Source: Selaginella moellendorffii (taxonomy: Eukaryota; Plantae; Lycopodiophyta). Taken from it: a DNA stretch of 64,000 bases. Below the pieces are notes generated by a model. It worked only from the letters and a program-made list of their open reading frames with translations. It did not search any database and had not been told where the DNA came from. Below, piece by piece: positions 25,234 through 37,672 of the stretch. The position numbers and the translations under genes were made by a program. The stretch lies in the NCBI RefSeq assembly GCF_000143415.4, contig NW_003314287.1:456203-520202 (forward strand), written 5' to 3'. Position 1 is the stretch's first letter; each line of letters opens with the position of its first letter.

Positions 25234-25504
25234 GAGAGCCTCTCTCTTCTCAAACAGGTAAGAGACTTTATTACTCCAGGAATGCTTGATTTGCCAAAGT
25301 GGCATCTTCGAGCAGCCTCTCTCTTTTCGAAAATCGGGCAGCAAAACCTGGCACACTCACGATCAATGAGAACTTCCTTTATTCACCGATCTCCGTAGGG
25401 CTCGTTTTCTTTTAATGCTTTAAACCTGGGAACCGTTCTCATAACTTTGTTGCATTGATCTCCAAACTGGGATTGGAAGAATTTTTGTATCTGTTTCTCC
25501 TTTT

Positions 25505-26500
25505 TGGTTTGGTTAAGCAAACTTGTTTGGTAGTGAATATAGTTAGAATATTCTTGAATATTCTAGAATATTTTACCATCTAGCTGTTGTTATTTATTTA
25601 GATTAATCTTTTATAATTTACAAACATGTTTATAATTTATAAATTTTCTTAAACCCTTTCTAATATATTATTTTTATTCAATTATCTAATGGTTGATATG
25701 CAATAAGATTAATCTTGTGTTTATGAATTACAAACATGCTTATAATTATAAAATTTATTTGATCAATTGGATTAATAAGTAAGAGATTACATAGTAAAAT
25801 AAATTGTTACGTGTTGCATGTAGCAACACTTAGTTTGCTTAATAGTAGTGTTATTCTTAGTCTCTCACTAATCTGCAAGAGTTATTGTTGAACCTAAACA
25901 TACAAAAGGATATTCTACTAATAAGTTATTATTCATGTACACTATATAATCTATAAACATGTTTATAATTTATAAAATTTCCTAAACACTTTTTAATATA
26001 TTCTTGTTTATTCTTGATATGTAATAAGATTATTCTTGTATTTATAAATTATAAACACTTTTCTAACTATAAACTTCCATTTTCTAAGTGAATTAATAAA
26101 TAATGAATGGATGACTATTAAAAAAACCAAACATGCTATATGTAATGGGCAGAAAATTATTTTTATTATGTTACAATTAACAACATACAATATAAATACA
26201 TTTGTAGAAATAGAGATTTTTTTTCAATAATCATATGTTAGAACAAAGTTTGGTGACATAAAGAATTTTAAGTATACATTTGACTAATGATTATATATTA
26301 CATTTCACAATAAACTCTCTGAGAAATTATATAGTTGTATTTTTACAGAATCAACTAGAATATCTTAGGAAGCATTTAGAATTCTTTTTATAAATTATAA
26401 ATACAAAATTAATCTAAGTAAATAGCAACCATTAGGTAGTATAATATCCTAGAATATTCTAGGTGTATTCACTATTATATAAGTTTGTGTAAGCAAATCA
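25505..26500. mobile_element. AT-rich foldback/MITE-like element with about 110-bp inverted arms; related subunits at about 25900-26080 and 27640-27880
   Basis: TTTGGTTAAGCAAACTT...TAGTGAATA...AGAATATTCT at 25507 matches the reverse complement of about 26390-26497. No TSD or transposase seen. Confidence 0.5.
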
Positions 26501-27899
26501 TATACATACATATATATACATATATATGTATGTACATATGAATTTTTAAATTTTAAACTTTACATCATCCTTCCATCTTAAAGATGAGAAAGGATGATGA
26601 TGATAAGTCAAGTGAAACATCTAGAGCTTTTGTTAGGAACTGTAGACTTCCACAAAATTTAAGCTTCCACAAAACTACAGATATAGTTGTTGACAACTAT
26701 AACAAAAATAAGGCACAAATTTAGAATTATGGAATCTTAATCAATCAACTACAACCATATATAATTACTAAATACACAAACCAACCTCTGAATCTATAAC
26801 TTTAAACCAAAACAAGGGTTTTGAGAGCAATTGTAATTTATAAAATATTGTGGAAACAAAAAAGAAAGTTTATCTCTATATCTTTCCTTTAATCAGCCCT
26901 TTAAGACCATACTTAACTCAGACTTATGACCATATATAAAATTTATTTCTATATCTTTCTACTGGCTAGCCTCCAAAACCATTATTAACTCTAACTCACT
27001 ACTTTTATTCTTATCTAATATTATATATAAGATGTCAAACTGTCTAAAAGGTTGGTTTCACTCTATTCATTGAAACATATCCCCAATAGTCCTTAGGGAT
27101 TAATACAAAAATTGGGATTGTTATTGAAAAATAGAGACTATATTTTCACTAGTGCTGTGCTATGTTTAAGTGCAAAATTTCACTTTGTTTGTCCATCATT
27201 TCTTTTTTATCCCCTTTTTGAAGGAAAAGAAGTTTTAAAACACTAACTTTTTTAGTCTTACTATTGTTGGTAATAAAATTATTGATAGGTTTTTTTTATT
27301 TTCCTTTTTTAAGTATTAGTTTGGTATTGAAAAATTTGAACAGTATGAATCTTTTGTTATTTTATTTTGGTTTAGTATTTTTTAACATGATATAATTTAT
27401 TATCAAGCCTTTTTTGCATAGAATTTTCTTTTTCATTCTTCATTTCTGCATTGACTACTATTGAAAATTTCTCTTTTAGTGCATTTTTATCCCTTTTTGG
27501 TTTGCTTAAGGAAATTTGTAGGGTGCATACCATTTTTTATCACAGTGGAAATTTGGACTCAATCATTCCATGAGAGAAGCATAGTTCCAGAATGCTTCAT
27601 TTTCATCTCACATCAAAAAAAGAATTGGTGGGACTAGGATAGTAGTGAATATTCCTAGAATATACTTAGGTATTCTAGGATATTCTACCAACAGTTGTTA
27701 TTCATTTAGATTAATTTTGTATTTATAATTTTTAAACTTTCTTAAACCTTTTCTATTATACTATTTTTTATTCTATTATCTAATGGTTGATATAAAATAA
27801 AATTAGTCATGTGTTTATAAATTACAAACAATAAAATTACTATTAAGCAAACCAAACATTGTTACATGCAATGTGTAGCAATTTATTTCTACTTCTACA

Positions 27900-28235
27900 T
27901 CTTTCTATCTTTGATTTTTCTTATTTTCTCCTCTTTACTCTAATATTTCAAATGTCTTTCTGTTTTCCAACTTGGTTTCCCCTTGACTCCAAAAATCCAC
28001 ACTCTTTCTTCTTTATCTTTTCTTTTATTTTTTTTACTTTAGTCTCTTCTCCTCATAACAGTTGCCAACACAAGGCATTATATTGGAGTCTACACTAGCA
28101 CTTTGGCTATAGGTTATTGTGCATGATGAAGCTAGAGCATTCCCTTATGGTCGCATAATATTCTATTGTTAGAATATTCTAGAGGCATGGATGTAAAGGG
28201 TATATCCCCCTTCTTCTCGGGTGGGGAGTTCACAT
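27900..28235 (-). mobile_element. Decayed repeat/LTR-like fragment, inverted homologue of 61883-62210
   Basis: The reverse complement TGTGAACTCCC...GAAGGGG.ATATACCCT...TAGAATATTCTAA...CTCCAAT.TAATGC aligns by eye to 61883 onward. Confidence 0.5.
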
Positions 28236-28522
28236 AAGAGAGATGTTTTGTGCTGGATTTCAAAGCATGAATGAGTGTTTTCTTCACCATTGAGAGGCTC
28301 CTTCATCCTTGAAACAAAGCCTTTATTGGGGGGAAATATTATTAAGTGCCAACTTTGACCATGTGTTGACCATAACTTTCCTAACTTGATTTGATTTAAC
28401 ATATTTACTCAGGATGAAGGAAGAGGCTTCAAAAGCAAACACCAAATTACATAATTAATTTAGATGGTCTTAGATGAAAATAATGCAATTTCTAAAATAC
28501 ATTATCACAATCATCAATATAT

Positions 28523-29044
28523 TGTAAACAACCAAAGAGAACAACTCGAGAGATGATCTATAGGGTTCAAATATAGAGAAAAAGGGCTTATAAATAAGAG
28601 TGTACCTTTTTTTCCAATCGGTTAAGGGTTTTAGGATATTTGGGGTTAAATGTCCTTGGGTTTGAATAATACTGGGCTAGATGATCTTCCAAAAAGTCTA
28701 AATTCAAAGAACTTACATTTGGTATCATAGAGGTCTTAAGTCCGATTCCCTTGGTTGGCTAAGGGTGTTAAGAGAGCGGGGCTCTTGAGAAAGTTGTAGC
28801 TTTTAATTTTTATTCACGAGGGTATGAATTTGTAGGAAAGCATGATAGATTGTAAGCAACCAAAGAGAACGATTTGAGAGATAATCCATGGGGTTTAAAT
28901 ATAGAGGGAAATGACTTATGAATAAAAGTGCACCCTTTTTTCTAATCGGTTAAGGGTTTTAGGATATTTGAGGTTAAGTGTCCTTAGGTTTGAAGAGTAC
29001 TGGGCTGGGTGACCTCTCGAGAAGTCCAAACTCAAGAGCTTATA
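28523..29044 (+). mobile_element. Cassandra-like TRIM: LTRs 28523-28717 and 28851-29044, tRNA-Met PBS at 28720, TSD TATAT
   Basis: Two direct repeats of about 195 bp (TG..CA and TG..TA), with TGGTATCA right after LTR1 and a 133-bp non-coding interior. Each LTR contains a 56-nt segment matching the 5S rRNA A-box/IE/C-box region. Confidence 0.85.
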
Positions 29045-29115
29045 TATATCTAAATGCATATTTGAAAACATCCAAGAAAAAACTTCAATCTACATAAGTG
29101 ACTACATACTTGAAG

Positions 29116-29515
29116 ACACACAAATGACTACACTTAACAACATACCATTGCAACACTATCCCTTAGAAAACATACAAATGACTACACTTAACAACATACC
29201 ATTGCAACATTATCCCTTAGAAAACACACAAATGACTACACTTAACAACATACCATTGCAACACTATCCCTTAGAAATATGTAGGAAACTCATATAGATG
29301 TTAGGCATCATTCGAAGAATGATAGATGGTAATCATTATGAAGTGATTCAAGAAACTCATATAGATGTTAGGCATCATTCTAAGAATGATAAATGGTAAT
29401 CATTATAAAGTGATTTAACAAATGGAACAAATATGTGGGAAACTCATATAGATGTTAGGCATCATTCTAAGAATGATAGATGGTAATCATTATAAAGTGA
29501 TTTAGTAAATGGGAC
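29116..29515. repeat. Two adjacent tandem arrays: 54 bp x3 (29116-29278) and 67/86 bp x3 (29286-29515)
   Basis: ACAAATGACTACACTTAACAACATACCATTGCAACA occurs three times; GAAACTCATATAGATGTTAGGCATCATTC occurs three times. Confidence 0.85.
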
Positions 29516-30251
29516 ATATCATCCACAAGAGTCTCATGAAAGAAATTTGGTCAAACATGAGAATTGGTAGTAGGAGTAGAAGGAGTTGCAACATGGGCTA
29601 TGAATGCTACTATCAACTAAGATTGATTATTCAATTATAATTGCATATCATCAAGAAACTGCATTAATTGTTACTCTAGTGTTAAAAAAGGAGGAGGCTG
29701 CTATAGAGGAGTATATTGCTCTGCCATGAAAATCAACAAAAAGAAGAAAAAACAAAGGAGAATATATGGAAAAGCTATAAGAGCAAAAGAGATTTAAACA
29801 ATATAAAAGTTAAATATAAACCAAAAACACAAATTCAAGCACACCTCATAGATGACTCAAGTTACTTTTCACCTCCACCAATGTGAGTGCATCGAATACA
29901 TAATATTTGATCAACCTAAAAACCTTAGCTTATATATAGAAGCAGTGGTTTGTATTGAAAAAACTTCAAGGGCTAATAAAAACCCACTATATTAGTAATA
30001 GTATATAGTATTGCCTCACAATATATATATATATATATAAAGGATTTCTCCCTTAATTAATTATAATTAACTAGATAATGAAATTAATATAAGATAATTT
30101 ACTAAAAATTAGCTAAGTGAGATGCCTACTTTTCATGTTTTATTTATACTCTTCTAGGCTTTTAAAGTTTTTTCTTTCCTTCTTTTTGTAATTTTTCATT
30201 GATACTTAAAAGTACACTTATTTATAGAATAAAATGTTACTAGTTGATGCT

Positions 30252-31160
30252 TTAAATTTCAGGATAAGTGTTTGTCCAGATTATTTTTTTAGTACCAAGT
30301 GTTTCATATAAAATAGCACTTCCATCATTTTCTATTACAAACATTGAGGGTAATAAACAATTTTTAGTGCAGTGCAAAGGAGATGAAGACCATATTATTG
30401 TGTCTATAGATTTGGTATATAATACTAGAGTTTTAAGATAAATTGAAAGCTTACAATCTATACCAAAAGTTCCACTTGCCCATAAAAGTGTGGGAGATTC
30501 AAAATTATCTATTTTATATAGAATCATATTGCAATAAGATGTAATTAAAAATATATAATTACTATTTAATGAATATAGTGCTTTAAGTGGTTGAAGATTT
30601 GTGAAATAATCTAAAAAGCTTCGAAAGCTTGAACAAATTTGTAAAAAATTAATTTTATCATTATTTTTCTGATTAATATATTTCACTCCTGGAAGCTCAT
30701 CATCAATAGGTATAATGTTAAATGAAATACCTTCTGTTTTAGTTATCTGAAAATATTCTACTATAAGATTATTAAGAAAACTAGATATACCACTAAGCCC
30801 CCCATATTTTAAAGCAATTTGATGGATATCTCCTGCTAGATATGATAATCTTTCTCTTAGTTCTAGTCCACTAATTATTTGTGATGATGGAACAATAGAG
30901 CATATTTTTCCAGAAGCATCTATACTATAGTCATAAGCTCCAAAACATATTAGTATAGTTATATCTCTTAGAGATACAGCAAATGTTCCTACTATACCAA
31001 TATAAAATTGTCTTGGATTTATGAGATTGATAAAACTTTGTATAGCAATTGATAATTTTCTTACTTCTTGAGGACTCAAAATAATTCCAGGAAACATTCT
31101 ACGTAATGGTTCTGCTCCAAATGCTAAGCTTGTAAATACAAAGATAAATACTAGCTTCAT
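30252..31160 (-). CDS. Secreted 302-aa protein: signal peptide, unassigned domain of about 170 aa, C-terminal bulb-type (GNA-like) lectin domain
   Basis: An intact 909-nt ORF in very AT-rich DNA, starting MKLVFIFVFTSLAFG. Three beta-prism-like repeats: CNMILY..LLWASGT, TLVLY..IIWSS and DGSAILY..IIWTNT. Confidence 0.7.
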   Translation of the reverse strand: MKLVFIFVFTSLAFGAEPLRRMFPGIILSPQEVRKLSIAIQSFINLINPRQFYIGIVGTFAVSLRDITILICFGAYDYSIDASGKICSIVPSSQIISGLELRERLSYLAGDIHQIALKYGGLSGISSFLNNLIVEYFQITKTEGISFNIIPIDDELPGVKYINQKNNDKINFLQICSSFRSFLDYFTNLQPLKALYSLNSNYIFLITSYCNMILYKIDNFESPTLLWASGTFGIDCKLSIYLKTLVLYTKSIDTIIWSSSPLHCTKNCLLPSMFVIENDGSAILYETLGTKKIIWTNTYPEI

Positions 31161-31639
31161 TTGATAATATACAAAAAAATAAGGTTTGTTTTTTAGTTAT
31201 AACTTATACTTAGCTTTATTTATAAAACAAATTTTTCCTTAGAAAAATTAAATATTTTATCTCAATATTAAATAATTTTTAAATTAAAGACCATTATAAT
31301 GTTTTATGAATTCTGTTTTGGTTTTATATTATTTTTATTTTATATATAAAATGATATATGCTATGATAGGGATATTTGAGGATACTGCTGATATGGCTGA
31401 GCACTTTTATGCATTGCTAGAGCTTGGGCTTTTCTAGAGAATATTCAGAAAGAGGATATTCCAAGAGTGCGTTAGTTGGGAGTTGCATTCATTAGCACTG
31501 AAGCTGAGTGTGGAAGGCCAGACTTCAACCACGGAGCAGTATTTTGTGCATGTGTAGCCAGAGACAGCAACAATAACAAGTAGAAAAAGTTGTAGAGGAT
31601 TTTCTTAGAAGGGAGAAATAGAGAAACAAGATTTAAGAA

Positions 31640-32760
31640 GTGCTACCATAAAACTCTAACATTGTCTTTAGAAACAACACCACAAAAGTTGCAGCAAACC
31701 AAGGAGCACAAGTTGGGACTTTATCAAATTTCACCACAACACCAACAACAACAACTAGTTATCATGGTGGCCACAGTAGTACCACTAGCAATTACTAGCC
31801 AAATAAAGTATCCCATGTACATGACATTCAGTGATCCCAACAAGCATGTCACCATATTTGAGAATGTGAGCATGGCCAACACTTTGCGACAGAGATTTTT
31901 TTCAGCAATATTGAAGGATATTGCTGTGAAGTGATATGCAGCAGTACTGGCAAGAGCAAATTTTGCAGATTGGGACGTCTTGAAGAGTGCTTTTCACCCT
32001 ACAAGTGATAAGCTCAATATGATTACCTTGCTGTATGGAGAAACTATTTAATGGTGTACCATGAGATTTCAATGACTTCTCTCTTGAAGGATCTACAGCC
32101 TTTGGCAGATGATCTGTTTTGATATTTTTGGTAAGGCTTACTTCCTTCTATGTACAATGCCATGAACAAACTAATCTTGATACAATAGTCACTTTAGCAT
32201 CACAATTTAAATACACCAAGTTGCCAAATCATCATAGACATATTTAAGCATCATCAGTCATGGCCACACAGCTAGTAAGCTTTTTAAAAAATACAAATCT
32301 AGGAGTTTATATAGGTGCAGTACTTGGAACTTTGAATCTAGAAAGTGTGACAACTCCAACTTTGATCCCAATGATGGCTCCAACACAAGTAGTGGCTCCC
32401 ATGCAAGTTCAGGTCTTAGCTTCATCACTAGAGGTGCCAATGAACAAGGTTAAAGAAATTTAGTTGAGGCTTTTACAAAGAAGATAGGGGACTTACAAGT
32501 TAATTGGATCAAGGGCATTCAGATTCCTACACGATCACTCAAATGTCTAGTGCATGAAATGCAAATAATGCCCACTATCCAAATGAGTGTCTAATTCAGC
32601 AAGCAAGAGTAAGTTACCAATTCTATGGCTAGACTAACCACACATTGGAAAATTATTTCTATCATCCTATGAGGGCACAATCAGCAGCAGTCCTGTCTAT
32701 CAGCAACAACAACCTTACATGCAACATGTACCTATAATACTCTATAACTCCAAAACTACA
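31640..32760 (+). pseudogene. Decayed retrotransposon gag-like fragment
   Basis: KYP....SDPNKHV.IFE.VS.AN...FF.A.L.D.A.K(W)Y resembles a Ty3/gypsy capsid start. Many stops. Confidence 0.45.
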
Positions 32761-32779
32761 CTATGAACATGTTCATTGA

Positions 32780-34140
32780 TGTGGAATAGCACAAGAAGAG
32801 AGTTGCTTTGAGAACTGCAGGAAATTTGGAATTTTGATCAATCCCTCCATGAAGTCTTGCATAAAAGGTTGGAAGGCCATTGTTACCACTCTTTGAAAAC
32901 TAGTGGCACATTTTTCAAGTAGAAGGCATCACTTGATACATGTAACATCCCTACTCTATCACAAACATGGTCTTGAGTTGGTCCTTTTCATCTATTTGAA
33001 TTTGACGTTAACTATTGAAATCATCAAGAAAAAAGTACATGGCTTATGACTAAATCTAGCACTATGTCTATAAGCAGTAATGGGAAGCCATCCTTCCTCG
33101 TTGCATCATTCAACTTTTTATAATCTACAAATTTGGAGCTCATTTTTTTCTTCTTGATAACTTTAATTGGAGAAAGCCACTCATTAACTTCCACTTTGAA
33201 GATAAAACTAATTTGTAGTTGCTTCTCAATCTCTTCTCTCATGGCCTTGGAGTAATGAAGATTGGAGTGGTAGGGTTGTTGATGCATTGGCATAGCACCA
33301 AGAAGTAGAGGAATTCTGTGAACAGTTAAAGCTCTATCAATCCCCTTCATATTCTCATACGTCCATGCAAAAGCATCTTGATACTTGGACAGCAACCCCA
33401 CTAAACTCATTTGCTTCTCAGTTGAGCACTGATGTTCACCACCCTGGAGATTCTTGGCATCCTTAAATCCAAGTTGATCAACTCTGAAGGCTTGATAAAC
33501 TATGACTCCTTCCCAACTAGTATTGTTGGCTTTTCATAAATTGTGAGAGATTTTTCTGCCACCTCAACTCACAAAAAAAAAAAAACTCTAGGTACTACAA
33601 CAGCTTAGTCTCATTTGAAAGCTCTAGAACTTTAATATGTACCATGCTACATACCACATCCCCTCTTTAAAACTTTTTTAAACAATCACTACTTGAATCA
33701 TGCTCAAAAGGTAGCAAGACCAAGTTGGCATAATTTATCATCTTCTCTTTCTGAACAAGAGCTATTTCTTTGTCCTTTTTTGAGTCATCACTAGAACATA
33801 AATTAGAGCAAGAATTCTCCTCCTCCTCACTATCAGAAGTAGTACCACTACTATCATTGTCCTTGATTTCCAATGGCTAGATTGACTTTGACAATATTTG
33901 AACACTAGAATTTTATGTTTGAAATTTCCACTTCAAATCCTCAACAAGCCTTTATGATAATATTGAGAAGCATCAACTTGCACCAACAAGTTCAGCCTAG
34001 AACTAGTGGATAAGTTAACTTGCCAAAACTCATCCTAAGAACCACAAAATCCATGTAGAAGTCCCACTATATCCATCTTCACACTTGTAAGAATTCCCAA
34101 CCACCTCATCCAACTTTGATCTACCATCTAGACATGGAAA
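32780..34140 (-). pseudogene. Decayed non-chromovirus Ty3/gypsy (Athila/Tat-like) pol fragment (RT)
   Basis: LL.KY.D.FAWTYE.MKGID...HRIPL...EWLSPI.VI.KK...VDYKKLN.ATRKD.FPL..ID..LD at 33024-33410. Confidence 0.75.
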
Positions 34141-36870
34141 TTCATTGGTGACAAAGGAAGAAAGAAAACTGTAAATTTCATTTTTTCATGACAAGACTTT
34201 GGATGATTTCCTCTATGATCTATGCCTCTGCTAGGTGCTCTCTAGAATCTATAGGGGTTTTCCGCATGATCATCAGGCATCGTTCACCTGTGAAAATCTT
34301 TGCTGTACACTTCTTTTGAGGGATTTTGTGGAGCGGCAGTGTGATTAAGAATAGATCTTTTGGTGAAGGAGTTGATAAAAATCCCATTGATTCTTCAACT
34401 TCTCTTTGTGTTGTCATGAGGTTGTCGTGTATGAAGTTGGTGGTTCATAACTCTCCATCTCTATATGCTTTATGGCTTGAGAGAAAGAGAGAGGAGAGGG
34501 ATTTCCACTAACTCCTAATTTTTATATTTTTCAAGGAGGTAGGATTCAAAGAAAGAACATTGAAAACCAGAAGAGAAAATTTTGACTAAAATCACTCCAC
34601 ACTCTATGCTCTAGTGTTTTGTGTTGTGAAGGGCTTCTCTTTATAGAGTCTTTAGATCATATTTTATATTTTCTTTTTGATATTATAAAATATTGATGTA
34701 TTAAAGGTGGCAGATTTAGATGACTATTATTAAATATAGTTACACAAAAATATTTTTAAATAATGGCAAGGTTGGAGGGCATGCTTAATATAAGAGTTAT
34801 ATAACAAAATATTTTATAAAGGTGGTGGAAGATAAGGTTTATGATAGAGTAAGATGAGTGGGAAATAAAATGAATATAAGATATAAAAAGGAAAGAGTAG
34901 TCGTGAAAGAATTTGGTTTGACTTATTTTTTACATTAACTTAAAATATTAGGTTCTAGAGAAAAAGTGGTGGTGAATAATAAAATGGTAAAGGTAATTAA
35001 ATTTTCCATTCTACTTTAGTCATTTAACCACACCCTTAACCATTTAAAGGAGTCTCACTCACAACCTCCGTAAATCTTATTCCGGACTTTGGGGCTTGTT
35101 ACCCCTAAGAATGGCATCTATGCCACTCAGTTTTTGCATTTGGTCCAAGTGCTCCATGTATCTAATTCCATGACCAACACCCAAAGGTACCATTGATATA
35201 TTAGCTTGTTATGTTAAATCCATGCCCATTCACCTTTATCATACTAGTGATCCAACACCACCTACATTATAATCTTGTTTCTCAAAGACTAGGCCATCTA
35301 TTCATGAGTGATCATCCCAAATCCACTTTTTAGCATCTTTAGGATGCTTACAGACATGGAGAACAACCTTCCCCAATATCCCTTTTTCATTCCCCACCAA
35401 ATCCTTTTTCGTCCACAGCGTGTTCGCCAATACTACTATTGGGTTAAGGCCCATAGCTCTAACCACTATGTCCCAATGACTTTTAGGACTTCTTCACTAT
35501 ATGATTGCATCCTTGGTCACCACACAAGTGGACTACTTCTCTTCCTTTGCCTTTGGGTGCTCTAGCCAAGTGGTTAGAGCAAGGTTCCAATGAACCATGC
35601 TAGGTATCCAAGTAGGTAGTGCCACCCACATATGGACTGGAAGCATTGACCATTTAATCTCTTAGGGGAGATAGAGCTGATTTTTGAACACTTCACCAAT
35701 TTACCCCACTTGTCTATCTTTATTTACTCTAGCCTTAGATTTCCTAATGGTTATATTATCACTCAACACGTGGGTAAAGCCTCTTGGGCCACACTAGCCT
35801 TGCCTGGCTGTGAGACATAAATCCTTAAGCCCCAAAGTGGAGGCTGAAGTGAAAGCTAAATGAGCATAACATGTTTGGAGTAAAAGCTCCAACTTGAAAA
35901 ATCGAGAGTGGGAATGGAACTCCCAACGAAGGGCTCAAAGAACAAGCTCAAAACGAGCAATAAGTGAGTCTTTAGAAAAAAGATGGAGTTCGAGATGGAC
36001 CTAAGATGGAGTCTGAGATGGACTTGAGATGGAGTCCGAGATGGACCCAAGATGGAGTCCAAGATGGAGTCCAAGATGGACCCGAGATGGAGTCTAAGAT
36101 AGACCTGAGATGGAGTCTGAGATAGACCCGAGATGGAGTCCGAGATGGAGTTCGAGATGGATCTAAGATGGAGTCCAAAATGGAACCAAGACCAAGATCG
36201 ATACCGAGACTGTGATTGAATTCGAGTCTGAATATTAATATAGGCTGTTGGGTGAAAGCCCAAGCGGGGGGGGGGGGGGGGNNNNNNNNNNNNNNNNNNN
36301 NNNNNNNNNNNNNNNNNNNNNNNNNNNNNNNNNNNNNNNNNNNNNNNNNNNNNNNNNNNNNNNNNNNNNNNNNNNNNNNNNNNNNNNNNNNNNNNNNNNN
36401 NNNNNNNNNNNNNNNNNNNNNNNNNNNNNNNNNNNNNNNNNNNNNNNNNNNNNNNNNNNNNNNNNNNNNNNNNNNNNNNNNNNNNNNNNNNNNNNNNNNN
36501 NNNNNNNNNNNNNNNNNNNNNNNNNNNNNNNNNNNNNNNNNNNNNNNNNNNNNNNNNNNNNNNNNNNNNNNNNNNNNNNNNNNNNNNNNNNNNNNNNNNN
36601 NNNNNNNNNNNNNNNNNNNNNNNNNNNNNNNNNNNNNNNNNNNNNNNNNNNNNNNNNNNNNNNNNNNNNNNNNNNNNNNNNNNNNNNNNNNNNNNNNNNN
36701 NNNNNNNNNNNNNNNNNNNNNNNNNNNNNNNNNNNNNNNNNNNNNNNNNNNNNNNNNNNNNNNNNNNNNNNNNNNNNNNNNNNNNNNNNNNNNNNNNNNN
36801 NNNNNNNNNNNNNNNNNNNNNNNNNNNNNNNNNNNNNNNNNNNNNNNNNNNNNNNNNNNNNNNNNNNNNN

Positions 36871-37672
36871 ATCACATGTGCTATATCACCCCCCCTTTAA
36901 AGATGTCAATGTCCTCATTGATTATTGACTAACAACCCCTACTGAGCCAGGGCAGCTAGCACCTCAATTTCTGCACTGAATCCACCAATCCTTCCATTGT
37001 GTAGACCAGCTATTCCCTGAATCTACCAATCCTTCCAAATCTCATCCCATGATCACATGTGCTATATTCACCCCCCCTTTAGAGATGTCAATGTCCTCAT
37101 TGATTATTGACTAACAACCCCTACTGAGCCAGGGCAGCTAGCACCTCAATTTCTGCACTGAATCCACCAATCCTTCCATTGTGTAGACCAGCTATTCCCT
37201 GAATCTACCAATCCTTCTATTGTGTAGACCAGCTAACACCTCCATTTCTACACTAAATCTACCAATCCTTCCATTGTGTAGACTAGCTATTCCATGTGAG
37301 GCAACTAGTCATCCACCCGTACCGCAGTCCTACGGTGGATACCTTTGTCTGTGGATACTCCACACAAAAGGAAGGATGTACGCATGGATGCCCAATACGT
37401 ACGATTTCAAATTTAGGGGTAGGAATATACCTTGTTGAAAGGTATATTATATTTTTAAGTAGCCACTAATTAATGGGAATTGAACCCATGCCATTTGCTC
37501 CGATATCACATGTAGTGCACTTTATCTCTCTCCCCTTAAGCCAACTGGAAAAGGGGCAATTACTTTATGAGAGAGCCCTTAATGGCTATTTTATCCCCAT
37601 TTATCCCCTAAAGTTCTAAGGATCCACAGTGACAGTATATCCAAATCTCATCCCATGATCACATGCGCTACA
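36871..37672 (-). mobile_element. Small TRIM-like insertion inside the 5' LTR of B (LTR 37511-37672; other LTR mostly lost in gap/duplication)
   Basis: A 162-bp TG..CA unit with a minus-strand TGATATCGGAGC PBS-like site at 37498-37508. A minus-strand PPT (AAAGGGGGGGTGAA) abuts a second copy of the LTR end at 37036-37066. Confidence 0.55.

Noticed and set aside
28972-29027. Functional 5S rRNA gene
   Set aside because: Only the internal promoter region is present, it is diverged and it sits inside LTRs, so it was called part of a Cassandra-like TRIM.
29116-29515. CRISPR-like appearance of the 54-bp and 67/86-bp arrays
   Set aside because: Whole units are repeated without unique spacers, the context is eukaryotic and there are no cas genes.
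36871-37220. Near-perfect tandem duplication of about 181 bp
   Set aside because: It lies directly beside an N gap and is almost identical, so it may be an assembly artefact.
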